64,000 nt of DNA from Octopus vulgaris (GCA_951406725.2 OX597829.1:36332001-36396000); one strand, 5' to 3'. Positions 29,392 through 43,796 are shown, counted from the stretch's first letter. Notes: generated from the sequence alone by a model not told the origin. Program-made: numbers and translations.

Positions 29392-30086
29392 TATATACTA
29401 TTAAAAGTGAAGTTCAATCTTGCTTGCTTGCTTGTAATGCTACACAACCAAACCGGCACATAATTGGGAAGTACTTTGAAAGTAAAGTGTCCCTGAAATG
29501 TGAATAGAAACGAAATAAAACAAGTTTCGCGTAAATCGAACTAGTAGTTACTGAGATATTCGGGGTTTTGGGGTATAAATACCCAAATCGGTGTATAATG
29601 GGAAAATACTCCGAAAATAACTTCACGCCGAAAGGGAAAAAAAATCTCTAAACTTTCCTCTAGACACTTTATGATGGGCAAAGTAGTTTTAAGTGAAAAT
29701 GACTTTTTAAAATACAATAAATATTTCGTAAAAGACCCGTTCGTAATCTCGGTGTGAAATAGTTTTTTTTCGATAGGTTTCTTTCGAATGCATTCAGCGT
29801 ATCTCACCTCCAAAGATTTGACTGCTATTTCTAGCACGCCCTGCCACCACGTAACAGCTATTTTCGATAGAAGATCCGAAATACCTGTTACGTGGTAGCA
29901 GGGCGTGCAAGAAATAGCAGCCAAATCTTTCCTTTCTGGAGAAAGGAGCCGTTTATGCGTGATTTCGATGTCACATTTGTTGAAAGCATGCGCAATAACA
30001 TGGAAAACAAAAAAAAAATACGAAAGAAAATTCCGTTGCGAGAAACTCAGACTTCCCGGTAACCCAACGGGTCACGGATAATCTAG
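29392..30086 (+). mobile_element. Non-autonomous Helitron-like element
   Basis: 5' tatatactattaaaagtgaag...(gctt)n. 3' hairpin ccggtaacccaacgggtcacgg followed by ataatCTAG|t. Internal 115-bp palindrome at 29814-29928. Confidence 0.65.
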
Positions 30087-30102
30087 TGTGTGTATATATA
30101 TA

Positions 30103-30889
30103 CAGGTTGCGGTGAATGAATTGTCGTCTAAATTACGCAAAAATGAAAATAACACTGATATCTCATCTTAACAGATATATTTACCAAAATTACATACAAA
30201 TATCTTGAAATACTAAAGAGTAAATTTATTCAATAAAATCACCATTTGGCTTCAAGCGTGGCCTCCAGAAGACTTCAGAATCTCCTGCAACTCTTCTGGA
30301 CGGTCTTCTTGTTTAAGTTAGTGAATGCTGCCATAATCCTTGCCTTCGTTCAACTTCCCACATTCATCTTCCCAAACAGCCTCAGACTCAACACAGAGGC
30401 CTACATTAAGGGCCTGGAGAAGGTAGTGCTACCCTGGGTTAAGAGGGTGGCTGCTGGAAGACCCTATGTCTAGCAACAGGACTGCATCATGCCACACAAG
30501 CAGGAGAACCCAGTCATGACTGTCAGACAATTTCTGTGACCGCATCACCCCAAACATCTGGCCAACTAACTCCTCAGGCTGCAAATGGATGGGGTACAGT
30601 TGAGCGAAAGACCAACAAAACTCCTTGTAACACCAAAGATGAAATGAAGGCAAGGATTATGGCAGTATTCACCACCTTAAACAAGGAGACCGTCCAGAAG
30701 AGTTGCAGGAGATACCGAAGTCGTCTGGAGGCCGTGGTTGAAGCCAATGGCGATTTTATTGAATAAAATTATACTTTAGTATTTCAAGATATTCTTGTGT
30801 AATTTTGGTAAATATATCTGTTAAAATGAGATGTCAATGTTATTTTCATTTTTGCGTAATTTAGACGACAATTTATTCACCGCAACCTG
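30103..30889 (+). mobile_element. Tc1/mariner-superfamily deletion derivative with ~245-bp inverted repeats
   Basis: ta|caggttgcggtgaat ... attcaccgcaacctg|tg. Transposase C-terminus YIKGLEKVVLPWVKRVAAGRPYV*QQD...WGTVERKTNKTPCNTKDEMKARIM...SRLEAVVEANGDFIE. Confidence 0.88.
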
Positions 30890-33236
30890 TGTATATATAT
30901 CACTATATATATCATACATATCTCTATATATATTATATATATATATATAATACACACACACATGCACACATATATATATGCGTTGAATATTTTTACCAAT
31001 TACGTTTTTCAGATGAAATTGATTTGGGCACTTCGAATCCAAATATACTACAACAATTTCTTTATTTGATAGTGAAAACTGATCTACCACAAGTGATTTT
31101 TTTTCTTGCCAAATACGCATTTTTGATGACAATCTGTGTGCAGATTATAGTTTGTTAGGTATAAATTCAGATGTATAAATAATCGGTGTTAGTTTTCCTG
31201 TTTTTATTACTGTAGCTTTCTCTTGTGCCGTCCTTGTTTTAATGTTTATCATCCAAGGAGAAGTATTTGATATTGCATCACCCTACATAGCCAATGCAAT
31301 GTAAGTTGGATGCGTTCGCATGAACCGTTTAATACTGTTGATATGTTACCACAATGAAGCTTAAGAAAATATGAGTAAGTTGTGCATTTTTCGAGCAATC
31401 ATAGTTTATACAGACAAAGATCTACTTTGCTCTAGAAGGAAACTTTTCCAAAACAGACGGCTTGAATGATGAGTTTCTTTTTAAATTCATAATTAATTGT
31501 AATTGAAGTTAGTATAAATCTCTGGTGGGACGAAACACCGATAAACTGATATAACCAATCATATAAAAGAGATGGAACAGGTTTAGATGAAACGACTATC
31601 TAAGGGTATATTGAGAGGGAGAGTGAGAGAGAGGCGAGGAGAGAGGGGAAGGAGAGAAGGTGAGGGGAGGCGAGAGGGAGACGAGAGGGTTAGAGAGAGA
31701 GAGAGGAAGAGAGAGAGAGAGAGAGAGAGAGAGTAGGGAGAATGAGAGAAATCGTTAAACTTTCCACCCTATATTGATTGCTGATAACACTTGACTGATT
31801 ACAAGTATAATTCATGTAGGATATGGTAAGATATATTTATTTCAAAGGTCACAAATTATAACAGAACACAATCGGCATGCATTTAGAAATAGTGAAATAG
31901 TCTTTTTGAGTTAATGGCGGGTAAGATGGCGGCCTACCGCGATTATATATTGTACGGTGTCAAAGGCCGATCACTCAATTGTATAGGACTGTAATATAAT
32001 AACATGACACAGGGGAAAGCCATATATGATTGAATCGAATCAATAAATTATAGGTATTTATTTTTATCGAATCCGATAAAAATGAAAAAAAAAGACCTAG
32101 TCGCTATAGATATGGTATAAATTAGAAAGTAAGAGGCCGGAACAAAATACGGGTCTAGTCCTTTGTGAACTCGCAGCCCTTACTTAGCAGAACAATAATT
32201 TCCTTTGACAAGTTCTTTCTTTTTTTTTTTTTTTTAGGACGAACACAATATATAGAATGAATACAATTGATCCTAGCGTATGAGTGATATGAATTTTATA
32301 CGAAATATAAAGCATCATTCAATCTGATTTGAATTTCAATATTTGAATAGGGGTGAGGTACACTTGAGAGCTATGTTTCTTTATTTTTCAGCCCACAGGG
32401 CGGACTTATAACATCTACCCTTCTCCGTTCATCGTTTTTAGTCCCCAGTTCTGAAAGCCATTTCCATGCTGTATTTGAACTCGTAGCACGGCAGCTCAGA
32501 ATTAAATAACCTAATTCATATCTGACGTTCTATTATTTCTACTGGATCACAAGTCCTGCCATAATATTCGCATTTCAACTATACCGATAAATTCTAAATA
32601 TTCTCTGAACTGCTATAAAAATTAATTTCAGCAAAATGCGTCAATATAGTATAAGCCAAATATTTTTTTCACATCCTAAATACGTTCTCTCCTTGTATTG
32701 TATATTGAAGATAGCTTAATTATTTCTTAAACACCTTCAAAGAAATCTAAATTGATATTAAGATAGACAGAAGATATGTATTCGAAGGATTAAAGTATAA
32801 TTCAATTAATTACATTTAATAAACTTAATTAAATTATTTCTTAATTTGACTTTATGAAATCTTAAATATATATTGTCGATGTTTCACGCTCTGATAAAAC
32901 TGTAAAATGAATACATGTCGGTGGGTCGTGAAAGCGTGGAAAGAGATATAGTAATAACGTATTGAAAACAGCGACTGAGGTAAACGACAGGAAAAAAAAA
33001 AAAAAAAACGGCAAATAAGACAAACAAGAGAAATCAAAATGAAAAGAAATATAAGAGTAGATAAGTTGAAATTCATTTGTCTCCTCTTGGAGACAATGGA
33101 ATGATGAACAAAATTTCTGGTGGTTATAATGATGATGATGATTAAAAAGCCCGATCATGATAATGATGATGAAGAGCTGGACGAAGACGAAGACGAAAAT
33201 GATGACGACGACGACAACAGTATTGACTAACACAGC

Positions 33237-33237
<1 letters not shown>

Positions 33238-33285
<48 letters not shown>

Positions 33286-33308
33286 GATGATAATGATGAT
33301 GATGGTGG

Positions 33309-33407
<99 letters not shown>

Positions 33408-33408
33408 C

Positions 33409-33449
<41 letters not shown>

Positions 33450-33462
33450 CGATGACGACGAC

Positions 33463-33497
<35 letters not shown>

Positions 33498-33511
33498 CGA
33501 TGATGATGATA

Positions 33512-33557
<46 letters not shown>

Positions 33558-33573
33558 CGATGACGACGATGAC

Positions 33574-33622
<49 letters not shown>

Positions 33623-33640
33623 GGTGATGATGGGTGATGA
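33238..33640. repeat. (GAT)n microsatellite
   Basis: Directly visible. Confidence 0.95.
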
Positions 33641-33716
33641 TAGCATAGTTTAGTTAAGATATTCTCAAATTATCTTCCTTTGAAAATGTCTCGCTTTTAT
33701 GATATCGAATTGACAC

Positions 33717-33854
<138 letters not shown>

Positions 33855-34191
33855 TTTTATACGATACTGAATTTGGAAATTTGAATCATTGTTTGGCATA
33901 GCAGTCAGAAGATATACGAAGAAGACGGCTACATTCAGAATAGTGTTTAACTAGCTTACTATAGTCCCTACGTCTTATTGTCAGATGGAAATGGAAAACA
34001 ATAAGGCAATAAGAGACTAACAATAAAATGTTTATCCGCATATACACAGGAATAGAAGAATATGTAGACCGAACAATGTAGATTGTGCGTGCGTGAGTGT
34101 GTGTGGGGTGGTATATATGTGTGTATGTGTGTGTAATATATACATATCATATATGTATGTATGTATGTATGTATTTATATATGTATGCATG

Positions 34192-34222
<31 letters not shown>

Positions 34223-34430
34223 TTATGTATGTATGTATGTATGTATGTATGTATGTATGTATGTATGTATGTATGTATGTATGTATGTATGTATGTATGT
34301 ATAGAGATAGTGATGCAAATAAACGCACTTGGGCATCATATATAAACTATACATGCGTAATTATACACAAATATATACAAATATATATAGAGAGAGAAAA
34401 ACAAGAACTGACAGTATTCTGATGAAAATG

Positions 34431-34467
<37 letters not shown>

Positions 34468-34678
34468 ATACATATCAATGAGATCAATGAAGTAGTTGTA
34501 CTGACAAGTAATATTCTGTCTCTTCGAGCAGACTAAATGTGACTGGAGTGTTAGGAAACATCTTCATTGCTAGAAATAAGTGAAAAACCACTCCATTGAT
34601 GTAATTAACGCACATAAATGAAGACATACATACTAACAGGAACATAATCGTCCGAAAATATCTGTGTGTGTGTATAAG

Positions 34679-34744
<66 letters not shown>

Positions 34745-34751
<7 letters not shown>

Positions 34752-35050
34752 GTTAAAGAGGACAACAGACATTAAGGCAAGGCAAGCATCTCAAGTCATA
34801 TACAACATTATTATCGGGAAAAATTCAGTCTTTGAATTTTTTCCAATAACAATATTGTATACGACTTGAGATGTTTGCTTTGCCTTAATGTTTCTTGTTC
34901 TCTTTCAATTATAAATCTGCTGCAGCGGAAGTCAGCAATGGCTCCATCACAACCGCCCCGGCTATAACCTCGGAACTCCAGCAATCCGTTACAGCACTTA
35001 CCTAGCGTACCTAATCGTTTAGATCACCTGTGAATTAAACCCCTATACTT
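34745..35050. repeat. Insert between (TA)n arrays with an ~80-bp-arm fold-back at the left end
   Basis: 34745-34827 and 34833-34913 are imperfect reverse complements. Unique sequence continues to ~35050. Confidence 0.8.
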
Positions 35051-35072
35051 TGTATATATATATATATATACT

Positions 35073-35117
<45 letters not shown>

Positions 35118-35123
<6 letters not shown>

Positions 35124-35567
35124 ACAAAGTGTACGTACGCCGCTAAATATATGTATATATATAAAATACAAAATGGGACAAGAACGCAAAACATCCGGAC
35201 AACCACGTGATACAAAAAAGGACAACAAAACATCCATATAGATGATACAAAGAAAACAAGGACGGGTCATTTGAAGTTTTCTATCTTCATCAGTCAAGCA
35301 CTAGATTATCCTCGCAATTTCGACTGATTATTCTTGAGATTTGAGCAATCTCAAGAATAATCAGTCGAAATTGCGAGGATAATCCGGTGCTTGACCGAAG
35401 ATAGAAAACTTCAAATGACCCATCTTTGTTTTCTTTGTATCATCTATATGGATGTTTTGTTGTCCCTTTTTGTATCACGTGGTTGTCCGGATGTTTTGCG
35501 TTCTTGTCCCATTTTGTATTTTATATATATACATATATTTAGCGGCGTACGTACACTTTGTTCTCAT
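35118..35567. repeat. 450-bp near-perfect palindrome (two ~222-bp arms, 5-nt spacer) between microsatellites
   Basis: atgagaacaaagtgtacgtacgccgc...cttgagatt-tgagc-aatctcaag...gcggcgtacgtacactttgttctcat. Confidence 0.95.
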
Positions 35568-35579
35568 ACATACATACAT

Positions 35580-35635
<56 letters not shown>

Positions 35636-35701
35636 ATAGAAATGGAAATGGAAAGACAACAAAAGAATGAAAGACCTCGATATTATGCAAGAAGAGGAAT
35701 T

Positions 35702-35996
35702 TATCTGTAAATATAATATGTAACAACTATTCGGAAGCCATGATAGAACTCCGAGTTCCGGATGTCGGGGCGAAAACCCACGCCGCCATTTCTTCAGTTA
35801 TCGGGCCATCCAAACAATGCTATGAAAATGACCGTTAAGCAATGGGAAATTCCTTTTTCTTTAGTGATCATTTTCGTAGCATTTTTTTCATGGCTCGATA
35901 ACTGAAGAGATGCCGGCGTGGGTTTCCGCCCGACATCTGAAACTCGGAGTTTTATCATAGCTACCAAATAATTGCCACATACTACATTTACAGATA
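35702..35996. repeat. Imperfect palindrome whose arms each contain a degenerate hammerhead; related to 21950-22150
   Basis: Right arm (+, 35891-35963): GAUAA-CUGAAGA-GAUG...CAUCU-GAAA-CUCGGAG-UU-UUAUC. Left arm is the diverged inverse. Flank acaacaaaagaatgaaagacctcgatatta matches 21961-21988. Confidence 0.75.
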
Positions 35997-36018
35997 TATA
36001 TATATGTGTATATATGTT

Positions 36019-36104
<86 letters not shown>

Positions 36105-36120
36105 CATACATACACGCATA

Positions 36121-36160
<40 letters not shown>

Positions 36161-36163
36161 TAT

Positions 36164-36215
<52 letters not shown>

Positions 36216-36305
36216 ATGATAAGTAAATAATTTCTATAAAGGCTTTTAAAAAAAACCCAATTATTTACTGGTAGAATTCGGTATGTAAATATAGCCGGTA
36301 ATCGG

Positions 36306-36349
<44 letters not shown>

Positions 36350-36710
36350 CTTTATTCTTTTACTTGTTTCAGTCATTTGACTGTGGCTATGGTACACCAC
36401 CATCTATTAGCCGAAGAAATCGACCCCTGGACTTTTTCTTTATAAGACTCACATTGACGCTGAATATTCGAAATAAGCAGTAGATAGTAGACAACTGATG
36501 AATGGTCGTTCTCTGTGTTTACTTGCCCTGTTTTCCCTTTCTCTCTCGTTGTTTACGCATTTAACTCGTTTGTTTTCGTATTTCATGCTGATTACACAAT
36601 ATTATTATTTCTAAATCTCTCTAAAGAATATATGTATATATACACACACACACACATATATGTATGTATATATATATATATATAAATCAGAAATATTAAA
36701 TTTCTAAATT

Positions 36711-36749
<39 letters not shown>

Positions 36750-37380
36750 AAATTAAGTTGAAAAGGGAGAAAATTTTTGATCAAGAAACAAATTGACAAC
36801 CATCGATTATTAGAGCTTGAAGACGATGAGCAAATGAATAAATTAGAAAAAATAATTGCTGGGTTGATATTTCTGTAGGGGCACCAGTGTGTATAAATAA
36901 TAAGAAAATAAAACTAGTACTTTAGTATAAGTGGATTCGCCAACACCCTGGTACCCCTAAAGAGAGATTAACCTACTAATTATTTTCCTAGCTTTGCGCT
37001 GCAAAATGGTATGATTCTAATTTATTTAGCTCTCTTTCCTCATCTCGAGGCCGTTCTTCCCGCTTTCCTCTTCTCTTCTTTTGTTATGTATTTGTCTTCA
37101 CTCTCATAAAGCTCTGTGTACCAGATCGGATATGCTATAAAATATGACGAATTGATAGCAGAAACGGCTGTTAGCAATGTTAAAGTTTTGTATTAAAAAA
37201 AAATAAAAACCAATGGTAGTCAATTTTCTGCTTAATTTAAATTTGATTCCTGATAAACTCTGTTTCCTCTGAGCATAGTATGCTTGCATATCCATGCCCA
37301 GAGTTAACGTAGGTAATTTATACCGATAGTAATAATTCTTATACCTTAGCTGATTAGTCCAACCGCTAATTCTACTTACC

Positions 37381-37412
<32 letters not shown>

Positions 37413-37413
37413 C

Positions 37414-38233
37414 AGGAGTGGCTGTGTAGTAAGTAGCTTGCTTAGCAAAGCACATGGTTCCGGGTTCAGTCCCACTGCGTTACATCTTGGGCAAGCGTCT
37501 TCTATTATAGCCTCGGGCCGACCTAAGCCTTGTGAGTGGATTTGGTAGACGGAAACTGAAAGAAGCCCGTCGTATATATGTAAATGTGTATATGTGTGTG
37601 TGTGTGTGTTTGTGTGTCTGTGTTTGTCCCCGCCAACATTACTTAACAACCGATGCTGACAACCGATAGAATAAGTACTAGGCTTCCAAAGAATAAATCC
37701 TGGGGTCGATTTGCTTGACTAAAGCTGCTGTTCCAGCGTGGCCGCAGACAAATGACTGAAACAAGTAAAAGAGAGTAAAAGGGAGTATATGTTTGTCTGT
37801 ATATACATATATGTATAGATAGATAAATATATATATACATATCGGCGCAGGAGTGGCTGTGTGGTAAGTAGCTTGTTTACCAACCACATGGTTCCGGGTT
37901 CAATCCCACTGCATGGCACCTTGGGAAAGTGTCTTCTACTATAGCCTCGGGCCGACCAAAGCCTTGTGAGTGGATTTGGTAGACGGAAACTGAAAAGAAG
38001 CCCGTCATATATATGTATATATACATATATATGCGTGTGTGTGTTTGTTCCCCTAGCATTGCTTGACAACCGATGCTGGTGTGTTTATTTCCCATTACTT
38101 AGCGGTTCGGGAAAAAGAGATCGATAGGATAAAAACTGGGCTTAGAAAAAAAAAAGTCCCGGGCTCGAGTTGCTCGATTAAAGGCGGTGCTCCAGCATGG
38201 CCGCAGTCAAATGACTGAAACAAGTAAAAGAGT
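37414..38233 (+). mobile_element. Two tandem family A SINEs (37414-37780 with an internal deletion; 37844-38233)
   Basis: Same head, body and tail as 5790-6190. Confidence 0.9.
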
Positions 38234-38297
38234 ATACATATATGTGTATATATATATATATGTATACATATGTATATATATATATATATATATATAC

Positions 38298-38393
<96 letters not shown>

Positions 38394-38711
38394 GCAATAT
38401 GCTTATGTATATTTGTATGATAGTTGGTAAATGTAAGGAGAAACGGTGAGTGATATATTGTAGGAATCTAGAAATAAAATCATTTTTTAAAATCAATTAT
38501 GTAAGAAAAGACGTGTAAAATAGTAAATTCTGATACTGATTTCGGACAAAGTCACTTTTTTGTGAGAAGAAGTATAATTGATTAAATTAACGCCTATACT
38601 TGACCGGATCATGACAGCTGAAATCTAAACCAGCGGGATTTGAACTCAGTAAGTAAAGCGACATGTTAGACTGCAAACCTTAGATATAATATTGATTATT
38701 ATCTCTTCAAG

Positions 38712-38991
38712 GTATGGTTCCAGAACAGACGTGCGAAATTTAGAAAAATGGAACGCGCAAAACAGCAACAGCAACAACAGCAGCAACAGAGCCAACAACA
38801 ACAGCAGCAACCACCCCAACAGAATCAACAGCAATCCCAGCAGAGTCAGCAGCAGCAACAGCAGCAGCAACAACAAAACACCAATAACACCAACAGCAAC
38901 AATGGGGTGAAAAGAGATATGAGTTCGCCTAACAACACCACCAACCACAGCAGTAATAAAGATAAAGCTAAAGCACTTGACGATGGGACCG
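38712..38991 (+). CDS. Phox2: Phox2 exon encoding the rest of homeodomain helix 3 plus a polyQ/N-rich region
   Basis: ttcaag|GTATGGTTCCAGAACAGACGTGCGAAATTTAGAAAA = VWFQNRRAKFRKMERAK, in phase with the upstream exon. Followed by 32 Q in 38 residues. Ends at a consensus donor g|gtaagt (phase 1). Read-through would stop at 39020. Confidence 0.93.
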
Positions 38992-39183
38992 GTAAGTATA
39001 TTTGGTGGTTGATCACCTGAAAACTATTTGAAATCAAAACAGGAAAACGCACGCACACATACACATATATGCACAAACATAAACAGTTACAAACATATAC
39101 ACGCACTTATATTTAAGCATATAAATTTACAAAATGCACATGCACACAAAAGCAGTACACATGTATGTATGTATAGATAGATG

Positions 39184-39237
<54 letters not shown>

Positions 39238-39250
39238 CAGATAGACAGAC

Positions 39251-39309
<59 letters not shown>

Positions 39310-39336
39310 AAGACAGACAGATAGATAGATAGATAT

Positions 39337-39393
<57 letters not shown>

Positions 39394-39403
39394 CAGAGAT
39401 AGT

Positions 39404-39447
<44 letters not shown>

Positions 39448-40859
39448 CAGATAGATAGATAGATACACAGACAGGCTGAAAGACAGACAGACAGACTGAC
39501 AGATACATACGTACATACATACGCACACACATACATACACACATACATACATATAAGTGAGCATATTTCAATAAAACATTAAGTTATCCACGGTTCTAAA
39601 AAGATTGAATGCCTATAAAAAACGGACAGTAAAATTAACATTTATTTAAAATAATAATTGTTGTCTTATGTCATGTTGTGCTACTTGAAGGCAGTTCATC
39701 ATCAACTTTGATGATAAAGTATCTGCAAGCAGTGAAAGGTGTCATAATAAGTAAGATATCGTCTTAAATGACATATATGCATATAATATATGTAATATAT
39801 ATGTGTACGAGAGAAAGAGGTAGGAAAAGAGATTTGTACGCGCACACGCACATGTGTTCAAATAGGCCTTGAGCTTTATGAGTTAAGTTATATACTGAAA
39901 AATAATTACGCAAAAATTGGTTAAGGTAATGTTGCTCTTACATAATATCGGATTTCTGATAAGGCACAACATCAGCAATCCTAAGGGGGAGAGATGAATT
40001 GATACCATCGATCCCAGTACTTGGCCGGTACTTTATTTTCTCACCCTCAGGGCTGAAAGTTATATGTAAGGTCGGTGATTTCAACTCAGAATGTAAAAAA
40101 AGAACAAACGTCCAAAAACATTTTTTTTTTTTGCACACTCTAACGAGAGTAACATGCTTGTGGAGTTCACAAAGTTAGTGTATCGTGAGAAGCTAGGGTA
40201 AAAACAGTGAGAGATCTTTAGATAGGATTCACACACACACACACACACACGCCCGAAACCAAAGGAGAAGACACAAGTTAAAGTTTACTTTTGGTTAAAT
40301 TTCTGCTAGGATACAACTAACCTATGACTAACAAAAATATATGACAATATGAAATAGCACATAAGATAATGTAGTCTTCAATCTCTATGTATGAACATGA
40401 CTGGGTTATGTTAGCTGGAATACGTTAGACCATACGTTTTCTACAAAGAGGTTTTGAAGTGTTGTAGGGGCATTCACTACTTCATTTCATTAAGAGAAAG
40501 AAAGTGTTGCAAGTTCGATACCCGAATGTCTATATCTTTGGTACAATTAAGCTGAGATGAATACACGCCTGACTAACTTCAGAGAGATCTCAGTGCCAGA
40601 GTGTGACATAGTCTACCTTCATACCTTCCCTCAGCAACTACAAGATGATATGCCCATCGGTGGAACTTTTATTCCTTGGCGAAAATGGAACGCCGATCAC
40701 AAAGAACCGGGACCGAAGTGTGAAGCATCAAGTCAGATTGTGTATATGAATGTGCATGTTTAGGGGGTGTGATTAGAAACGTAAATAAGCATATATATGT
40801 GTGTATGTGTATATACACGCATGTGAGCGTGTATCAAATAGCAAACGCGATTAAAGGAA

Positions 40860-41585
40860 TTCGTCTAACTGTTTCGGAAGGTATGGCAAAGACCTGAATC
40901 CTGCTGCCGCGCATACAGCTTTCCAGCAGCAATCCTCTCCAAGGTTTGATCCAAGTTTCCAGCAGCTTCACATAACCGTTTGAATCGAGCCTAAGGTCCT
41001 ATTCAAAGATGAGGGACAGCATAACGTCAATGACCACCACAGTTTAGAGAAACTTGCTTTTCATGATACGTGGGGGTGTCACATAGATTGTAAGTAATTT
41101 AGTTGTTGTTCTGGTTGTTGTGCAACTGGTCCTGACCGAAGTTCTTTGCGTCTCAGAAGAATCAGATCTACCTCGGTTTAACAGGATGTCTCAGCTTGTT
41201 CAGGAGATTCTTTGCTATCATCAAGCAATTCTCCTTGATTCTTGGCTGTCAGAATTTGTCCATGGTGCCTCTTGTAGGAATGGTAGCGAACGCTCTCATT
41301 CAATGCAAGTTTCATGGTGACACCCGTCATACAGTCATTACAGTATTCAGAGAGTGTTGAGTAGCAATCATGATGCGGCATTTTGATACTCAGCGTGAAT
41401 CAATATGATACAGAAAACTATTTTCCAGTATTCAATTGACTTCCAGGACTCTATATTAGCAATTTTTTTCTTAACTGCCACTTCAATATTTCTACTGACC
41501 AAAGTCATTAACTGTTCACCGTAACAACAAGTTGTTCCTGAAAAAGATAAGACGTAAAAATCGTGAAATTTAACCGGAACAGTAT
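40860..41585 (-). mobile_element. Decayed Tc1/mariner-superfamily transposase remnant
   Basis: Minus strand FF*DAKNFGQDQLHNNQNN (first catalytic D region) and LRLDSNGYVKLLETW, similar to LRLNTEAYIKGLEKV in the 30.1-30.9 kb element. Confidence 0.65.
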
Positions 41586-41957
41586 GCATGTATATCTCTT
41601 TTGTCATATAATTTCATAGATCTTCAGAGTTTAGCAGTTTTCTTTTTAAATTTACTATATGTAAATTGTGCTATATGTATCTACGTTTGTGTAAATCATA
41701 CTTACTTTGCACACACGCGTAGTTACTCGTATATGCATTTCTATATGCATATAACAATATATGTGTGTATATGTACATAGACATATATATATATATATGC
41801 GCATGTGTGTGTTTGTGTGTATATATATACAAATACAAACATGAATATGTATGTGTGTATAAATATATATAAATGTATGTATATATACATTATATATATT
41901 ATATACACATATATATAACATACATAACATACATACATACATACATACATACATACA

Positions 41958-41989
<32 letters not shown>

Positions 41990-42381
41990 AATACGAACTC
42001 AGGCACATACCTACATACATAAACACATACATACATGAACTACAATGTGCGTAAATACATATACGCCTTCTCTCCACACTTGAAATAAAGCTTAAAAAAC
42101 GGATTAACTGCGGATATCTAAGAAATATGAGACAATTGCTACCTCGAACGGTATTAAGGATTTGAAATCAGGAACCAAGGGAAATAACTCATTTATGTAA
42201 ATGGAGAGTGATTTCGGTAGAATAAAACATAGGAGTGGAACGCTATACAAATTCATGGCTACAACAGACAGGTTTTGACACCATCAGCTCTGTGTGTGTG
42301 TGTGTGCGTATATGTGTGTGTGTGTATGTGGATATTATAACTAATTGCGAGGTATAATACACACACACACACACATACATG

Positions 42382-42429
<48 letters not shown>

Positions 42430-42598
42430 TATTATTTAATAGACACAATACGTTATTATGTGCTACTAATAGTCTATATACTAATATATATACATATACT
42501 GTGGGTCTGTCTATATATCTATATATCTATATATGTATATGTGAATATATATATATATGTATGTATGTATATATGTATATATATGCATATATACATAC

Positions 42599-42731
<133 letters not shown>

Positions 42732-42964
42732 TAAAAACGGTAAGATATATATATATCTCATAAGAGAAAAAAATTCACCAATGTTTTCACTTAAATATTT
42801 TTATTTATATTATATAGAGGGCATTACTACACATAAATGCCACACGCTAGGAGGGACTCTTAAAGTCAAAACTACTAAAATAAAGAAATACACACACACA
42901 CACGTATATATATATATATATATATATATACATACATACATACATACATACATACATACATACA

Positions 42965-42997
<33 letters not shown>

Positions 42998-43131
42998 GAT
43001 CTAGGGATCGAGGTGTAGGAAAAAAGTTAACTTCAACCAATCTGTAGTAAATAGCAAAAACAACTTTCAGGGACAATTGTGGTTTATTGAGACGGAAGGT
43101 TGTAGATTTTTTTCGTGAGCTTTATATGTTT

Positions 43132-43255
<124 letters not shown>

Positions 43256-43489
43256 GGCTTACAAGAAGCATCTGAAGGGGCAAAAGGTTCTCATTGAATT
43301 CAAATGATGCTTTTTAAGATGCTTCTTAACTGGAAAAAAATTAAATTACTAAGGGAGGTAAATCTGAAAGAATTGCTAGAACAACGTAGCGTTTACAGTT
43401 ATATGAATGTATTTGAGTACTAAACAATGGATATCAAATGAAAGTATGCCGATTATCACAGCCGATATAAACATAGTAGAATACATACA

Positions 43490-43540
<51 letters not shown>

Positions 43541-43544
<4 letters not shown>

Positions 43545-43593
43545 TGCATAGTTTAGGACAAACAGTAAGTCGTCATTATAGTAAACATATATG

Positions 43594-43630
<37 letters not shown>

Positions 43631-43641
43631 ATGTATATATG

Positions 43642-43691
<50 letters not shown>

Positions 43692-43752
43692 CATGCATAG
43701 TTTAGGACAAACAGTAAGTCGTCATTATAGTAAACATATATGTATGTATATG

Positions 43753-43796
<44 letters not shown>

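Noticed and set aside
31923-31933. YY1-like motif aagatggcggc
   Set aside because: A single short motif with no other promoter evidence.
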